Source of the DNA: Schizochytrium sp. TIO01
Taxonomy: Eukaryota > Protista > Bigyra: Labyrinthulomycetes
Assembly: GCA_004764695.1 (NCBI GenBank)
Contig: SMSO01000006.1
Coordinates: forward strand, 1,503,859 to 1,567,858
DNA length: 64,000 nt
Direction of reading: 5' to 3'
A program made the translations under genes and the position numbers. This document shows, one piece after another, positions 45,215 through 57,060 of the stretch. Below the pieces are notes generated by a model. It did no database searches. It was given only the letters and a program-made list of their open reading frames with translations, and was not told where the DNA came from. Each line of letters opens with the position of its first letter. The stretch's first letter is position 1.

Positions 45215-46631
45215 ATATAAAATTTTATTTTCTCTGTGGCTATTGTAGCTGAAGAGCAACGTACTATGGTTCTTTGCTTATTTCTTTGTGTCCTTTTCCC
45301 CAAACAACTTGCTAGCTAGCTTTCTATTAGTAGTAGTAGCATTGATGCCTATGTCATAATACATGAGATAAGCATTATGTCTTCTATTTGCTCAACTTTC
45401 GAACTTGTTGTCTGGCTTAGCGTCCATTCATAATTACCAATACCAACTTCATGTTGGTTGGCCTCTAACGTTGCATTCCATGCACACTTCCTGTGTGTCT
45501 AAACCCACTACCGCTTTTATTATCTTTGGTGTAAATCAATGGTACTTGCAATACCTGTGAAGGTAAGATGCTGGAGTATACCTCTTGGTTTATTCCCAGG
45601 TTTTCATTCTTGACTTGGTGTTTTATCAGCTAACTGTTCTTGTTGAACTTACATCAGTTGAATTGCCTATCTCCCTACTTCATGAAGCTGTTTAAACCTT
45701 CATAAGCCGCGTTGTGCACCTGCTAAATCCTAATTCCAAGACTCGTCTTGAGAGTTCTCTACATTCCTGAACTCTTGCGCTCTGAAGGTTGTCCTACCTA
45801 CCCTTCATCTGAAAGCCGCAGTTGGTCTTGCGTTACCAGGTTCTTGTTTAATAAGGACCCATTTCCATCACAGAAATCCCGAAAACTTAATGTACAAAGG
45901 GATGGCTATAGCATCATCAGTTTTGGTTAACTTTCTTTTGATAGAATGCTCCTATCCATCTTCACAATGTAGGTCTTGAAACCTTCATCACAGAATGACG
46001 CGTCGGACCAAGTGCGAGCTATCCAGCCAGTTGCGAATCGCATTGCGGTCGCGCGCAATACTAAGCAGCTCGGCTTCCACAAACGCACCCCCCCGAAAAC
46101 GCAGCTTCATCGAACGCACGAAGCTTTGCGCAGAGGAACTGCAAATGACTGCACTGTAGTACAATAAAATGTTCAATGCTATACATAAAAAAGTAGAACT
46201 AGTAAAACATTACAAATACAAAGAAATCTGAAGAGGTAGGAAGGTACTAGGAGGTGCTAATGTAATGCGGCAGTGCCTCGAATTTGAGGGAGCTGGTGAA
46301 TCTGAGAGTGGAACTTCAGCTGATGATCTTAAAATAAACCTGAGTGTCAGTCCGAAACATTAAGAAAAGAAGGTCACGACTCTGAGGCCCTCGCGGGACA
46401 TGGCTCAGGTTTACCCGTGTCTGAAGACTTTGCAAACAGAGCATCTGAGCACAGACGACCTCTAGTGAACAAGAAGGCTTATTCACAAGCAGAATGATGT
46501 GAGCTGGCGAAGAATGTAAAGCAAAACCAAAACTCAAGAGATCTTTAGAATCTTGAAAGACGAACCTAGTAAAGCTCCTTAAAGTAGAAGAGTTAACCTG
46601 AAACAGTGGTTGAACAATAACGTGGAGAAAG

Positions 46632-47846
46632 ATGTCGGCCGAGCCTCAGAATATGACACCCAAGGATGATTTGCCATCCATGCTTCTGCAGCCTTGCCAT
46701 ATTGGAAAGGGCTCGGAGCATGAACTCCTTTTGACGAACCGCGTTTTTATGGCGCCACTCACTCGTGGTCGATCCACAGAGCAACATGTTCCGCAGGAAT
46801 TCATGGCGGACTACTACTCGCAACGCAGCGCCGCAGGTCTTATCTTTTCTGAAGCAACTGGAATTTCCCAAGTCGGCTTGGGTTGGTGGTGTGCTCCTGG
46901 AATTTGGTCTGACGAGCAGGTTGAGGCCTGGAAGCCCATTGTGAAGAAGACTCGTTTGGGAGGTACAGCTTTCTTCATGCAGCTCTGGCACATGGGTCGC
47001 CAGGGCCACTCCGATGTTATGAAGACTACTCCGGTCAGTGCAAGTGAGAAACCAATGTCAAACCCCATTCCTGCTCGTAACCATGAGCGTAAAGACCCTG
47101 AGGTCCCTCATGCACTGACCAAGGATGAGATTGCACAGACTGTCAAAGACTACGGCAAGGCTGCTCGGAATGCAAAGGAAGCTGGCTTTGATGGTGTTGA
47201 GATTCATTGCGCTAATGGGTATCTTGTTGACCAATTCATCCAAAGTTGTACAAATGAGCGCACAGATGAGTACGGTGGTTCAATCGAGAACCGCCTACGG
47301 TTCATGCGCGAGGTGCTTGAAGAGGTGCTGACAGTGTTCCCTAAGGAGCGAATTAGTGTCAGGCTTTCGCCCAATGGCAACTTTGCCGAGATGGGCAGTG
47401 ATGACAACATTGAGACCTTCACTGAGGCAATTAAGTATTTGGCAGAAAAGCGCATCGCATTCATTCATCTGATGGACGGCCTTGGGTGGGGATTTCATGA
47501 GAAAACCGAGCCATTCACTTGCAAGATGGCCCGTAAAATCATCCGCGAGGCGCAAGAGAAGGACGGCATCGTAACCCTGCTTATTGCAAATGCTGGTTAC
47601 ACCAAAGATGACGCAGAAATGCTTCTCAAAATCGCTGCCGGCGAAGGCCCTTTTGTTGATCAGGCTGTTGCATTTGGCCGTCCATTCATTTCCAATCCCG
47701 ACCTTGTCGATCGATTTCGCAACGGATGGAAGCTTGCTCCTGAAGCTAAACGTGAAGATTGGTGGAGCAACAACGTTAAAGAGGGTTATTCAGACTTTCC
47801 TACTTACGAAGAAAGCCAAGCTGTGACAACTTCTAAGGAAGAGTAA
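46632..47846 (+). CDS. Old Yellow Enzyme family FMN-dependent ene-reductase (OPR/NemA-like), copy 1
   Basis: NRVFMAPLTRGR, YYSQR..AGLIFSEAT, QLWHMGR, AGFDGVEIHCANGYL, RTDEYGGSIENRLRF, AFGRPFISNPDLV. Confidence 0.95.
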   Translation: MSAEPQNMTPKDDLPSMLLQPCHIGKGSEHELLLTNRVFMAPLTRGRSTEQHVPQEFMADYYSQRSAAGLIFSEATGISQVGLGWWCAPGIWSDEQVEAWKPIVKKTRLGGTAFFMQLWHMGRQGHSDVMKTTPVSASEKPMSNPIPARNHERKDPEVPHALTKDEIAQTVKDYGKAARNAKEAGFDGVEIHCANGYLVDQFIQSCTNERTDEYGGSIENRLRFMREVLEEVLTVFPKERISVRLSPNGNFAEMGSDDNIETFTEAIKYLAEKRIAFIHLMDGLGWGFHEKTEPFTCKMARKIIREAQEKDGIVTLLIANAGYTKDDAEMLLKIAAGEGPFVDQAVAFGRPFISNPDLVDRFRNGWKLAPEAKREDWWSNNVKEGYSDFPTYEESQAVTTSKEE

Positions 47847-49347
47847 ATAAGCGTTACTAAATATAGAAGATACTATTTCCTTTTTTAATAAAGCATTAAA
47901 GTATGTAAATTTTCAGCATATACTTTCAGCAAGGCTTCAGAAGTCGACTTTTCTAAACCCATTTATCATTAAGAACGCTTCGTGGTCATTTGTTTCTTCG
48001 GAATCTATTGTTCAGAAATGAGTGCGAGTCATCACAGCGAACTCAAAAGCGTCATACCACTGACCGAGTCCAGCACAAAAAAGAGCTCGTGAGGCATTGG
48101 GTGATCTGCTTTGTGTGTTTCAAGAGCAGCCTCTAATAAATATAGATAGATATATTATACCTTGGCAGCAGACAAATTCCCAAATAATATATATAAATAT
48201 AAAATAGAGTATTTTTGCTGTCGGCCTGTAATCGCTTGTGCTGTTTTGCGTAGAAACAATGGCTCAAGTCTTGTGAAGACCGTCTTTAGTAGGTACTATC
48301 GGTAAAGAGTCCCTTCGAGTTCGGGTACCAATGTTCCTTAGTAGCCTTTTCTTTTCTCAGCATATGCTACCCCCACCACTCGCAAACCACAAAAGACCAA
48401 GGCATCTGAAAGATCATTTTCAATACCCCCTGAAAACAAGTAAGCAATCGATTGAAATGTATCCCGTCGTCTGTTCAAATGCAAAGTCTCGGGACTTCTC
48501 TAGACGGCACTTCGGTGTTTCGGGTCCATGTTATAGATTGTGCGATAAGTGCCGTGAATCTGTGAGTCCAACCTCCAGTCCGAGGCAAAGGACCATGGTG
48601 CTGCCTAACCCCCTATAGCCAAAACAGTAGCAATGAGGTGTGTTAAAGACAATGGTTCGACTTGGGACCATCAATACATTGACCTTCTAGCAAGTCAAAT
48701 GTGCCGAATCGCGGAAGTCGAAATCCTTAGCTTGCAATTGAACAACTACTGCCGAAGCTAGTGATAGTACTGGTTTGACCCAAGCGAGACAAATAGCTGT
48801 AAAGGGTATAGAAAGACCTGGTGGCGTAACTAGACTTTGGGCCTGAGGGAAACACGGAAAACGTAAGGAATACTTTAACCGAACTAATCGCCGAATTTCA
48901 GACGACCGCACACGCTCCTGGGTTATTAAGTAGTGTCAAAGGAAATAAATTGACGCATCGAAACTATCAGAAACGTCGTTCTAGAACAGCAAGAAAGCGT
49001 TGTTTTTGAAGATGAGATAAAGGTAATTGGCTTCTGCTTTTTTAACATATTTTTTTCTTCTTTCTTTCCCAATAAAATGGTGCTCCCATCGCAAGAGCCG
49101 CCAGATAGCGCCGACAGACACCGTCTGGGCTTAGTTCCCTCAATTAGAATAGTTTAGGCTAACTTCCTATAAAATCTCTTGACATACAAGATAATCGCAC
49201 CCACACCCACATTATGCTAAGTTCATCAGCATCAGCATCAGCATAAATTTGTTAGACCAAACAAAGCAACATCATTGAAGAAGCAAAACCCAAATCTCGA
49301 ATTTGTAAGACCTTTAGACTTACAGTGCTCTAGCAAGAATTGATAAG

Positions 49348-50538
49348 ATGTCATCGCAAGCTTCATCTGAATTGCATTTGCTCGAACCCGTTGTCTTGGG
49401 CAAGGGCAGTGAGCACGAACTCAAGCTTGACAACCGTGTTATTATGCCTCCTTTGACTCGTGCCAGATGCGATGATGACCATGTCCCACAACAATTCATG
49501 GCTGAGTACTACGCTCAGCGAGCGTCTGCAGGTCTCATCATCGCAGAAGCCACTGCATTCTCCCAGCAAGGCGCAGGATGGTTTCAGGCTCCTGGAATCT
49601 GGAGTGATGAAATGATTGATGCCTGGAAACTCATCGTCGATGCTGTCCATGCAAAGGGCGGCAAGATCTTCTTACAGCTCTGGCATATGGGCCGCCAAGG
49701 ACACTCAGATGTTCTCAAGGAACGCCCTGTCAGCGCGAGCGAAATTCCTCTTACTCAGCCTATCACGGCACGATTTGGCGAGAAGAAAGATCCCGAAGTC
49801 CCGCGAGCTCTCGCTGTCGATGAGATTGCAGAGATTGTCAAGGGCTTTGGCATGGGCGCGCGCAACGCAAAGAAGGCAGGCTTCGACGGAATCGAGATTC
49901 ACAGTGCTAATGGTTACCTCTTGGATCAATTCATTCAAAGCAAAACCAACAAGCGAACTGATGAATACGGTGGATCTATCGAAAACCGTCTTCGCTTCCT
50001 GCGTGAGGTAGTTGAGGAGGTCCTCAAGGTATTTCCCAAGGAGCGTGTTGGTGTACGCCTCGCGCCCAACGGAACATATGGCGAAATGGGTAGTGCTGAC
50101 AATATTGAGACCTTTACAGAGGCTGTCAAATTCCTTGCGAGTAAACGCATTGCATTCATTGACCTCCTTGATGGGCTTGGATTTGGTTTTCATAAGCTTT
50201 GCGAACCATTCACTGCGAAAATGGCTCGCGGGATCATCCGCGAACAGCAAAAAGACCAAGGTGTGGTTACCGTGCTTATAATCGGTGCTGGATACACCAA
50301 AGAAAGCGCAGAAGCAGAGCTCAAGGAGGCTGAGGCCGAGGACACACCAGTGGAGACTGCTGCTGCGTTTGGACGAGCGATAATGTCAAACCCAGACCTT
50401 GTTGAACGTTTTAAGAACGGATGGGAAATTAGTCCGGACCCTGAGTATGCCACCTGGTGGCACTCAAATTCTCCCAAGGGCTACTTGGATTTCCCTACAT
50501 ACACAGAGAAATCAAGTATTCAGTCGACGGAAGAGTAA
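49348..50538 (+). CDS. Old Yellow Enzyme family ene-reductase, copy 2
   Basis: Same motif set with EIHSANGYL; 396 aa. Confidence 0.95.
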   Translation: MSSQASSELHLLEPVVLGKGSEHELKLDNRVIMPPLTRARCDDDHVPQQFMAEYYAQRASAGLIIAEATAFSQQGAGWFQAPGIWSDEMIDAWKLIVDAVHAKGGKIFLQLWHMGRQGHSDVLKERPVSASEIPLTQPITARFGEKKDPEVPRALAVDEIAEIVKGFGMGARNAKKAGFDGIEIHSANGYLLDQFIQSKTNKRTDEYGGSIENRLRFLREVVEEVLKVFPKERVGVRLAPNGTYGEMGSADNIETFTEAVKFLASKRIAFIDLLDGLGFGFHKLCEPFTAKMARGIIREQQKDQGVVTVLIIGAGYTKESAEAELKEAEAEDTPVETAAAFGRAIMSNPDLVERFKNGWEISPDPEYATWWHSNSPKGYLDFPTYTEKSSIQSTEE

Positions 50539-50971
50539 AGTTCACCTATTAATAAATTTTCATAAGTTTGCCACTATCTATACTAAACACCCATGATTAA
50601 GAAGGTTCTTTTGAGGTGCCATTCTTCTGTTAATTACAGGCACATCTGGTGTGGAGCGCTTCTCTACTAATTCTGAAAATCAAGAAGTAGAGTATGATGT
50701 CTATGTTGACATAGGTCTTAATTGAAATATACTCGCAGGAAGCATCATCGGTGCGCAACGTTAAGGTTAAAGCTCAGCTTTGTGATAGTTATATGTGATT
50801 TGCACCCATTTTACCAGTATTGCAATGCTCTGATGTTGACTACTAATAATGCTCAAGGCATTCACCGCCAATCAAGAGAAAACTGCCAACCAGCTATCGA
50901 GATATTTTTTAAAATGTAGAACCAATTTTGCCAGGTTTTTGGGTTTTCCGGTCACGTGGGACCTCGTACAA

Positions 50972-50977
50972 TGCTGC

Positions 50978-51012
<35 letters not shown>

Positions 51013-51018
51013 CTGCTG
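50972..51018. repeat. (TGC)n trinucleotide repeat with TAC interruptions
   Basis: Read directly. Confidence 0.9.
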
Positions 51019-52103
51019 GCGTGCTCCTAAAAACAAACAACCGCCCTTTTCTTACTTTCTAAGGCCCACAATTTTTCCTAGGAACGATAAGAACGCTCAT
51101 GAATTTGCATGAAGCATCACATAGTTGCAACGAAAAGCTAGAATCGTTAAATTCGTTCTCAAAGGTTTTGCTCGTAACAATAACTTCAGACTTCACCCAG
51201 TGAAAATCAAAGTGGATCGATAAACTGCTTTATAAAGAACCATTAGTTATGGGTCGTTTGCCTTCACTGGCATATCCAACTACTAGAGAGTGAGACCGTT
51301 GCAGTGTTTCGGGTCTTCTTTGTAGATGGTGCGACTCGAGCGCCGTGAATCTGTGTGTTCATCGAAGCTCAAGCTTCTACGACGCTAGCTTACCCTATAT
51401 AAGCTTTAGTCTAGTGCTAGTCTAAGCTTTTAAAATAGTTTCGAGAGACTATGCTCTAAGTTGGAACCTTCTCGTCCAAACGAGTCAAATGTGCCGTCTC
51501 TCGACATTCAGAGTTCTTAGCTCAAGGTGGAAAACTATTCTTTATTAAGTGTAGTAAACCAGAAAGACCCACTTGTACCACTGGACTACAGAAAAGGGAA
51601 AAACTTAAACGATGGAAATTAATGATTTTGCCGAACTAATCGCCGATTTTTCAAACGTGACCGCGCACGAATTGACTTGTAAGTTACTAGTATCGAGAGT
51701 CACGGAGTAGCAGTAGATATCGAAGCTATGAAAAGCCTTTTTCCAGAACAGCAAGAAAGCGTTGGTTTTGAAGATGAGATAAAGGTAATTGGCTTCTGCT
51801 TTTTTAACATTATTTTTTTCTTCTTTCTTTCCCAATAAATGGTGCTCCCATCGCAAGAGCCGCCAGCTAGCGCCGACAGACACCGTCTGGGCTTAGTTCC
51901 CTCAATTAGAATAGTTTAGGCTAACTTCCTATAAAATCTCTTGACATACAAGATAATCGCACCCACACCCACATTATGCTAAGTTCATCAGCATCAGCAT
52001 AAATTTGTTAGACCAAACAAAGCAACATCATTGAAGAAGCAAAACCCAAATCTCGAATTTGTAAGACCTTTAGACTTACAGTGCTCTAGCAAGAATTGAT
52101 AAG

Positions 52104-53291
52104 ATGCCATCACAAGCTTCACCTGAATTGCATTTGCTCGAACCCGTTGTCTTGGGCAAGGGCAGTGAGCATGAACTCAAGCTTGACAACCGTGTTATTA
52201 TGCCTCCTCTAACTCGTGCCAGATGCGATGATGACCATGTCCCATACCCATTTATGGCTGAGTACTACGCTCAGCGAGCGTCTGCAGGTCTCATCATCGC
52301 AGAAGCCACTGCATTCTCCCAGCAAGGCGCAGGATGGTTTCAGGCTCCTGGAATCTGGAGTGATGAAATGATTGATGCCTGGAAACTCATCGTCGATGCT
52401 GTCCATGCAAAGGGCGGCAAGATCTTCTTACAGCTCTGGCATATGGGCCGCCAAGGACACTCAGATGTTCTCAAGGAACGCCCTGTCAGCGCGAGCGAAA
52501 TTCCTCTTACTCAGCCTATCACAGCACGATTTGGTGAGAAGAAAGATCCCGAAGTCCCGCGAGCTCTCGCTGTCGATGAGATTGCAGAGATTGTCAAGGG
52601 CTTTGGCATGGGCGCGCGCAACGCAAAGAAGGCAGGCTTCGACGGAATCGAGATTCACAGTGCCGGTGGATACCTCTTGGATCAATTCATTCAAAGCAAA
52701 ACCAACAAGCGAACTGATGAATACGGTGGATCTATCGAAAACCGTCTTCGCTTCCTGCGTGAGGTAGTTGAGGAGGTCCTCAATGTATTTCCCAAGGAGC
52801 GAGTTGGTGTTCGTTTGTCTCCCAATGGAACATTTGGCGAAATGGGCAGTGCTGACAATATCGAGACCTTTACAGAGGCTGTCAAATTCCTTGCGAGTAA
52901 ACGCATTGCATTCATTGACATTCTGGGCCTTGGATTTGGTTTTCATGAGCTTTGCGAACCATTCACACCCAAAATGACGCGCGAGATCATCCGCGAACAG
53001 CAAAAAGACCAAGGTGTGGTTACGGTGTCTGTGATCGGTGCTGGATACACCAAAGAAAGCGCAGAAGCAGAGCTCAAGGAGGCTGAGGCCGAGGATACAC
53101 CAGTGGAGACTGCTGCTGCGTTTGGACGAGCGATAATGTCAAACCCAGACCTTGTTGAACGTTTTAAGAACGGATGGGAAATTAGTCCGGACCCTGAGTA
53201 TGCCACCTGGTGGCACTCAAATTCTCCCAAGGGCTACTTGGATTTCCCTACATACACAGAGAAATCAAGTATTCAGTCGACGGAAGAGTAA
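52104..53291 (+). CDS. Old Yellow Enzyme family protein, copy 3 (near-identical to copy 2; active-site Asn replaced by Gly)
   Basis: 395 aa; EIHSAGGYL in place of EIHSANGYL, and one codon missing at FIDIL-GLGFG. Confidence 0.93.
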   Translation: MPSQASPELHLLEPVVLGKGSEHELKLDNRVIMPPLTRARCDDDHVPYPFMAEYYAQRASAGLIIAEATAFSQQGAGWFQAPGIWSDEMIDAWKLIVDAVHAKGGKIFLQLWHMGRQGHSDVLKERPVSASEIPLTQPITARFGEKKDPEVPRALAVDEIAEIVKGFGMGARNAKKAGFDGIEIHSAGGYLLDQFIQSKTNKRTDEYGGSIENRLRFLREVVEEVLNVFPKERVGVRLSPNGTFGEMGSADNIETFTEAVKFLASKRIAFIDILGLGFGFHELCEPFTPKMTREIIREQQKDQGVVTVSVIGAGYTKESAEAELKEAEAEDTPVETAAAFGRAIMSNPDLVERFKNGWEISPDPEYATWWHSNSPKGYLDFPTYTEKSSIQSTEE

Positions 53292-55329
53292 AGTTCACCT
53301 ATTAATAAATTTTTATAAGACCATCAATATCTGTACTAAACTCTCAAAATTTTAAGAATGTCCTTCTTCTTGTTGGATAACAAGCTATACCAATGAGAAA
53401 AATAGATGCTTATATATTTGCATGCTTCTGCAATTTCGTAGTCAAAGGAGAAAGGAGGGTAGCTAAGTTCAAGTTCGGGAAGCCATGCATACAATCAAAT
53501 AGATAAAAACATGCAGAAGTTACCTCGTTACAAAAATATTTCAGTCTAGCGCATAAAATATAATTCATCACTTCATGAATTGCCTTTTCAATGAGCCCAA
53601 GGTCTACCAAAGACCTTTCTGGTCGCAACGTAAAATCAGTCGGCGAGCGAACTTCTCAGTAAGCATAGGAAACTTCGCTGCATTTCCTCCTGGAGAAACC
53701 GTTACGGTAATATGGAGTTTCCAATGTTGCGAAAAATATCCAATTTCTTCCCGTAGTCCCAGTACGTCCCCCTACGCTAAAGATATTCTTTTTAAAGTGA
53801 CTAAGTAAACAAACAGTTAATCAATCAATCAAGCAAACTGCACATCTGATGGAACTCATGAAAGCCGTCCTCATTCATACGCATTTTCTCTGGTGTGTTG
53901 TCACGCCCATTGCATCGGAAGAGGCGCGCTTCCGTTTTGCTGATCAAATGAAGAAAATGAAGTAAACATTTTTTTGTTTAAAGCTTATACATTTTGGGAA
54001 TGATTTTTTAAATGGCATCTCCCTTCTCCTTGTCGCCTTCCCTTTCTTCTTCGCTTTCCGAGTAAAGGATGCATTTGTCATCTTCGTGAGGGTACTCTCT
54101 GGAAACGAGTGGAACGAATGAACCGACAAAAACTCGACATTGCGCCTAGCAGTTTCTGAGCCTTATGTTTTCAGAGGTCGCATCACTCATCGACGCAAGC
54201 CTCACGCCAATCTACCCAACGCTCTTGCGGCAGCCTTTGCATGCATGGTCAAGCGGCATCCTCTGCTCACACGTTCTCCTGAGAACAGCTTCCAGGCGCT
54301 ACTACTTCTACCAGCCCACCTAAAGAACGTCGAGAACGCCTACGTGCATTCATAGCCTGGTTCCTACGAATCCGGAAGAAGTTCACCTGCAACAAATGAA
54401 CAGGCGCTGTGCCATCCAAAGGGCGTAGGCGCTGACTATGAGAGGGGGGTTGTTACCAATTAATTGCGTTCTCCAGTTTTATGAACAAGTGTGTCGGGAA
54501 TCTGTCTCGGAAACTCGGGTAAACCTTAGAGTTCAAGCAGAAGCACCCAAACAGAACAGAGGAATATGCACACGGTTAAAGTACCTGGGTCTGCTCAGAC
54601 AGTTCGGACAGCTTTGAGCTGTGGAGAGAAGAGCCGAAGCGCATTGTTTTCAGGGTCGGGAGAATTATTTGGGAATACTGTTACTTTTGTGATAAGCATT
54701 GGAGAAGCAAATGGTCTTTTCTGCAGGCGTGAGATGAACAATGAAGCGGCGGCGGAAATGGCGAAGCCGAAAGCCGAGCGAAGTCTTCGACATTCGTGGA
54801 GTTGAAGGACGGTTGTGGAGTGGGTTCATGAAGAGGCTTATGGAGATGCTGGACGAACATAATGGCGGTGGCTTTGATTGTTGAGCAATAGCATTTTATT
54901 TGGTTCTGTGAGGTTCGACGCGTGGGCGTAAGTAAGATAACCTTCGACTGTGTTCCCGAAGGTAGGTATGGTGAGAGACTCTGAGAGGAGATCGAGTGTA
55001 CGAGAATGACCGATCACTGCGAAAGTGAAATCAGCGTGGTCACGAAAAGACAACGAACTCACGTGTTGGTTGAGGATCTTTGCTGGGTTGGTAAGCTTAG
55101 ATAAGGCCTGGGTACTTGGAAAATGATACCGGCGGCTACCGAAAACAGTAGGCGAGGCTAGGAGTGGGGTGCATTGGAATGCGCGTTGAAGATCTGGCTG
55201 CAGAATCAGAATTGCAACGAGCAGCAAACCCAAAACATAGAGAATAGATCTCATTGCAAGAGCCTGACAACGAAGTAGAAAGTAGAAAGCAGGTAGAAAG
55301 CAGTGCTTAGGCTGAGTAGAAGAGCAAAG

Positions 55330-56505
55330 ATGACACAAGAAGACAAGGCTATCCTTCTGCAGCCGACGGCGATTGGCAAGGGCACGGAGCATGTCCTGGA
55401 GATGAGCAACCGTGTGGTCATGTCTCCCATGACTCGCGGCAGAAGCGATGATGACTTTGTGCCGCATGACTTTATGGCCAAGTACTACGCACAGCGCGCA
55501 TCCACCGGCCTCATTATCACGGAAGCCACCGCGTTTAACAAGGCGGGTGCCGGATGGTTTCGTGCACCGGGTATTTGGACACAAGAAATGATCGATGCCT
55601 GGAAGCCCATCACGAAAGCTGTTCATGACAAGGGCGGCAAAATCGCCATGCAGCTCTGGCACATGGGCCGCCAGGGTCACTCTGATGTGATCGGCCACCA
55701 GCCCTACAGTGCGAGCGAAATCCCCCTTACTGCTCCCATTACGGCCAAAAATGGTGAGAAGAAGGACCCTGAGGTTCCGAAGTCCATCACCGTTGAAGAA
55801 ATCGCTCAGACTGTAAAGGAGTTTGGCGAAGGCGCTCGCAATGCCTTGGAGGCTGGTTTTGATGCAGTTGAGATCCATGGTGCAAACGGCTACTTGGTCG
55901 ACCAGTTCTCTCAGAGCAAGACAAACAAGCGCACGGATCAGTATGGTGGCTCAATTGAGAACCGTCTCCGTTTCATGCGCGAGGTCGTAGAGGAGTGCCT
56001 TAAGTATGTGCCTAAGGAACGCCTTGGTATTCGTCTGTCCCCTAATGGTAAATTTGGCGAAATGGGCAGCGAAGACAACAACGAAACCTTCACTGAGGCC
56101 ATTCGCTTCCTTGCAGGCAAGCGCCTCGGTTTCATCGACCTCATGGATGGCCTTGGATTCGGATTTCATGAGCTTTCCGAACCGTTTACCGCAAAGATGG
56201 CCCGTGACATCATCCGCGAGGTGCAAAAGGATGAAGGCGTTGCTACTATGCTCTTTGTCAACGTTGGTTACACCAAGGAGAGTGCCGAGGCCGAGCTCAA
56301 GGCAGCCCAGGCGGAGGAGCCCTACGTAGATACAGCAGTTGCATTTGGACGTCCGCTTATCTCCACCCCTGACCTTGTCGAGCGCTTTGAAAATGGGTGG
56401 GAGCTTAACCCCGATGCTGAGTATCCCACGTGGTGGCACTATAACACCGAGCAAGGCTACACCGACTTTCCTACATACGAGGAGCTTCAGGAGCAAAAAA
56501 AGTAA
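55330..56505 (+). CDS. Old Yellow Enzyme family ene-reductase, copy 4
   Basis: Start at aaagATG 55330 (MTQEDKAILLQP); EIHGANGYL and the full motif set. Confidence 0.95.
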   Translation: MTQEDKAILLQPTAIGKGTEHVLEMSNRVVMSPMTRGRSDDDFVPHDFMAKYYAQRASTGLIITEATAFNKAGAGWFRAPGIWTQEMIDAWKPITKAVHDKGGKIAMQLWHMGRQGHSDVIGHQPYSASEIPLTAPITAKNGEKKDPEVPKSITVEEIAQTVKEFGEGARNALEAGFDAVEIHGANGYLVDQFSQSKTNKRTDQYGGSIENRLRFMREVVEECLKYVPKERLGIRLSPNGKFGEMGSEDNNETFTEAIRFLAGKRLGFIDLMDGLGFGFHELSEPFTAKMARDIIREVQKDEGVATMLFVNVGYTKESAEAELKAAQAEEPYVDTAVAFGRPLISTPDLVERFENGWELNPDAEYPTWWHYNTEQGYTDFPTYEELQEQKK

Positions 56506-57060
56506 AGTAGTTTCCTATGTAACCATAATAGATGCTCTGTACAACGAGGCCCCTTCGTGTTATGCACAGTAGTTGTTCCTAGTGCTCCATTTGCATCGTC
56601 ACTTTAGAAAATAAATAAAATAAAAATTTACTCTATCTAATCTCTTTCTCAGTGCTGGCATACCCGCAACCATACTTATTGTTCAATAGGCTCCACAGAT
56701 TTTACAGATTTTGGAAAGAATATGATCGTTGAAAAACAGGATAAATTTGCATTATTTCTGTAGCATCTTCAAATTTCAAAAGCACTCGGGACAAGTCACA
56801 ACCTAGCATTTTAGTACCTTCGGGGTGTGCATGACTATTAGATGTGCTGCTCCTTCATTTGAATTGTGTCCTTTCTTATGACATTCACAACGATCAAATT
56901 TAACTTGGGTATGGAGGAACCCAGTCTGACGCAGCAAATCTAGCTTCATCCAATTGCAAACCTGAAACTTACAGCACATCAACAAGCACCTCAAAAGCCA
57001 ATAGTCAATCACTATATTAAGAGCGAACCAAGACCCAAACATCATACCTGTATGAGACGA

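Noticed and set aside
54838-55878. 346-aa minus-strand ORF
   Set aside because: About half is the antisense of OYE copy 4 and the rest has no recognisable features.
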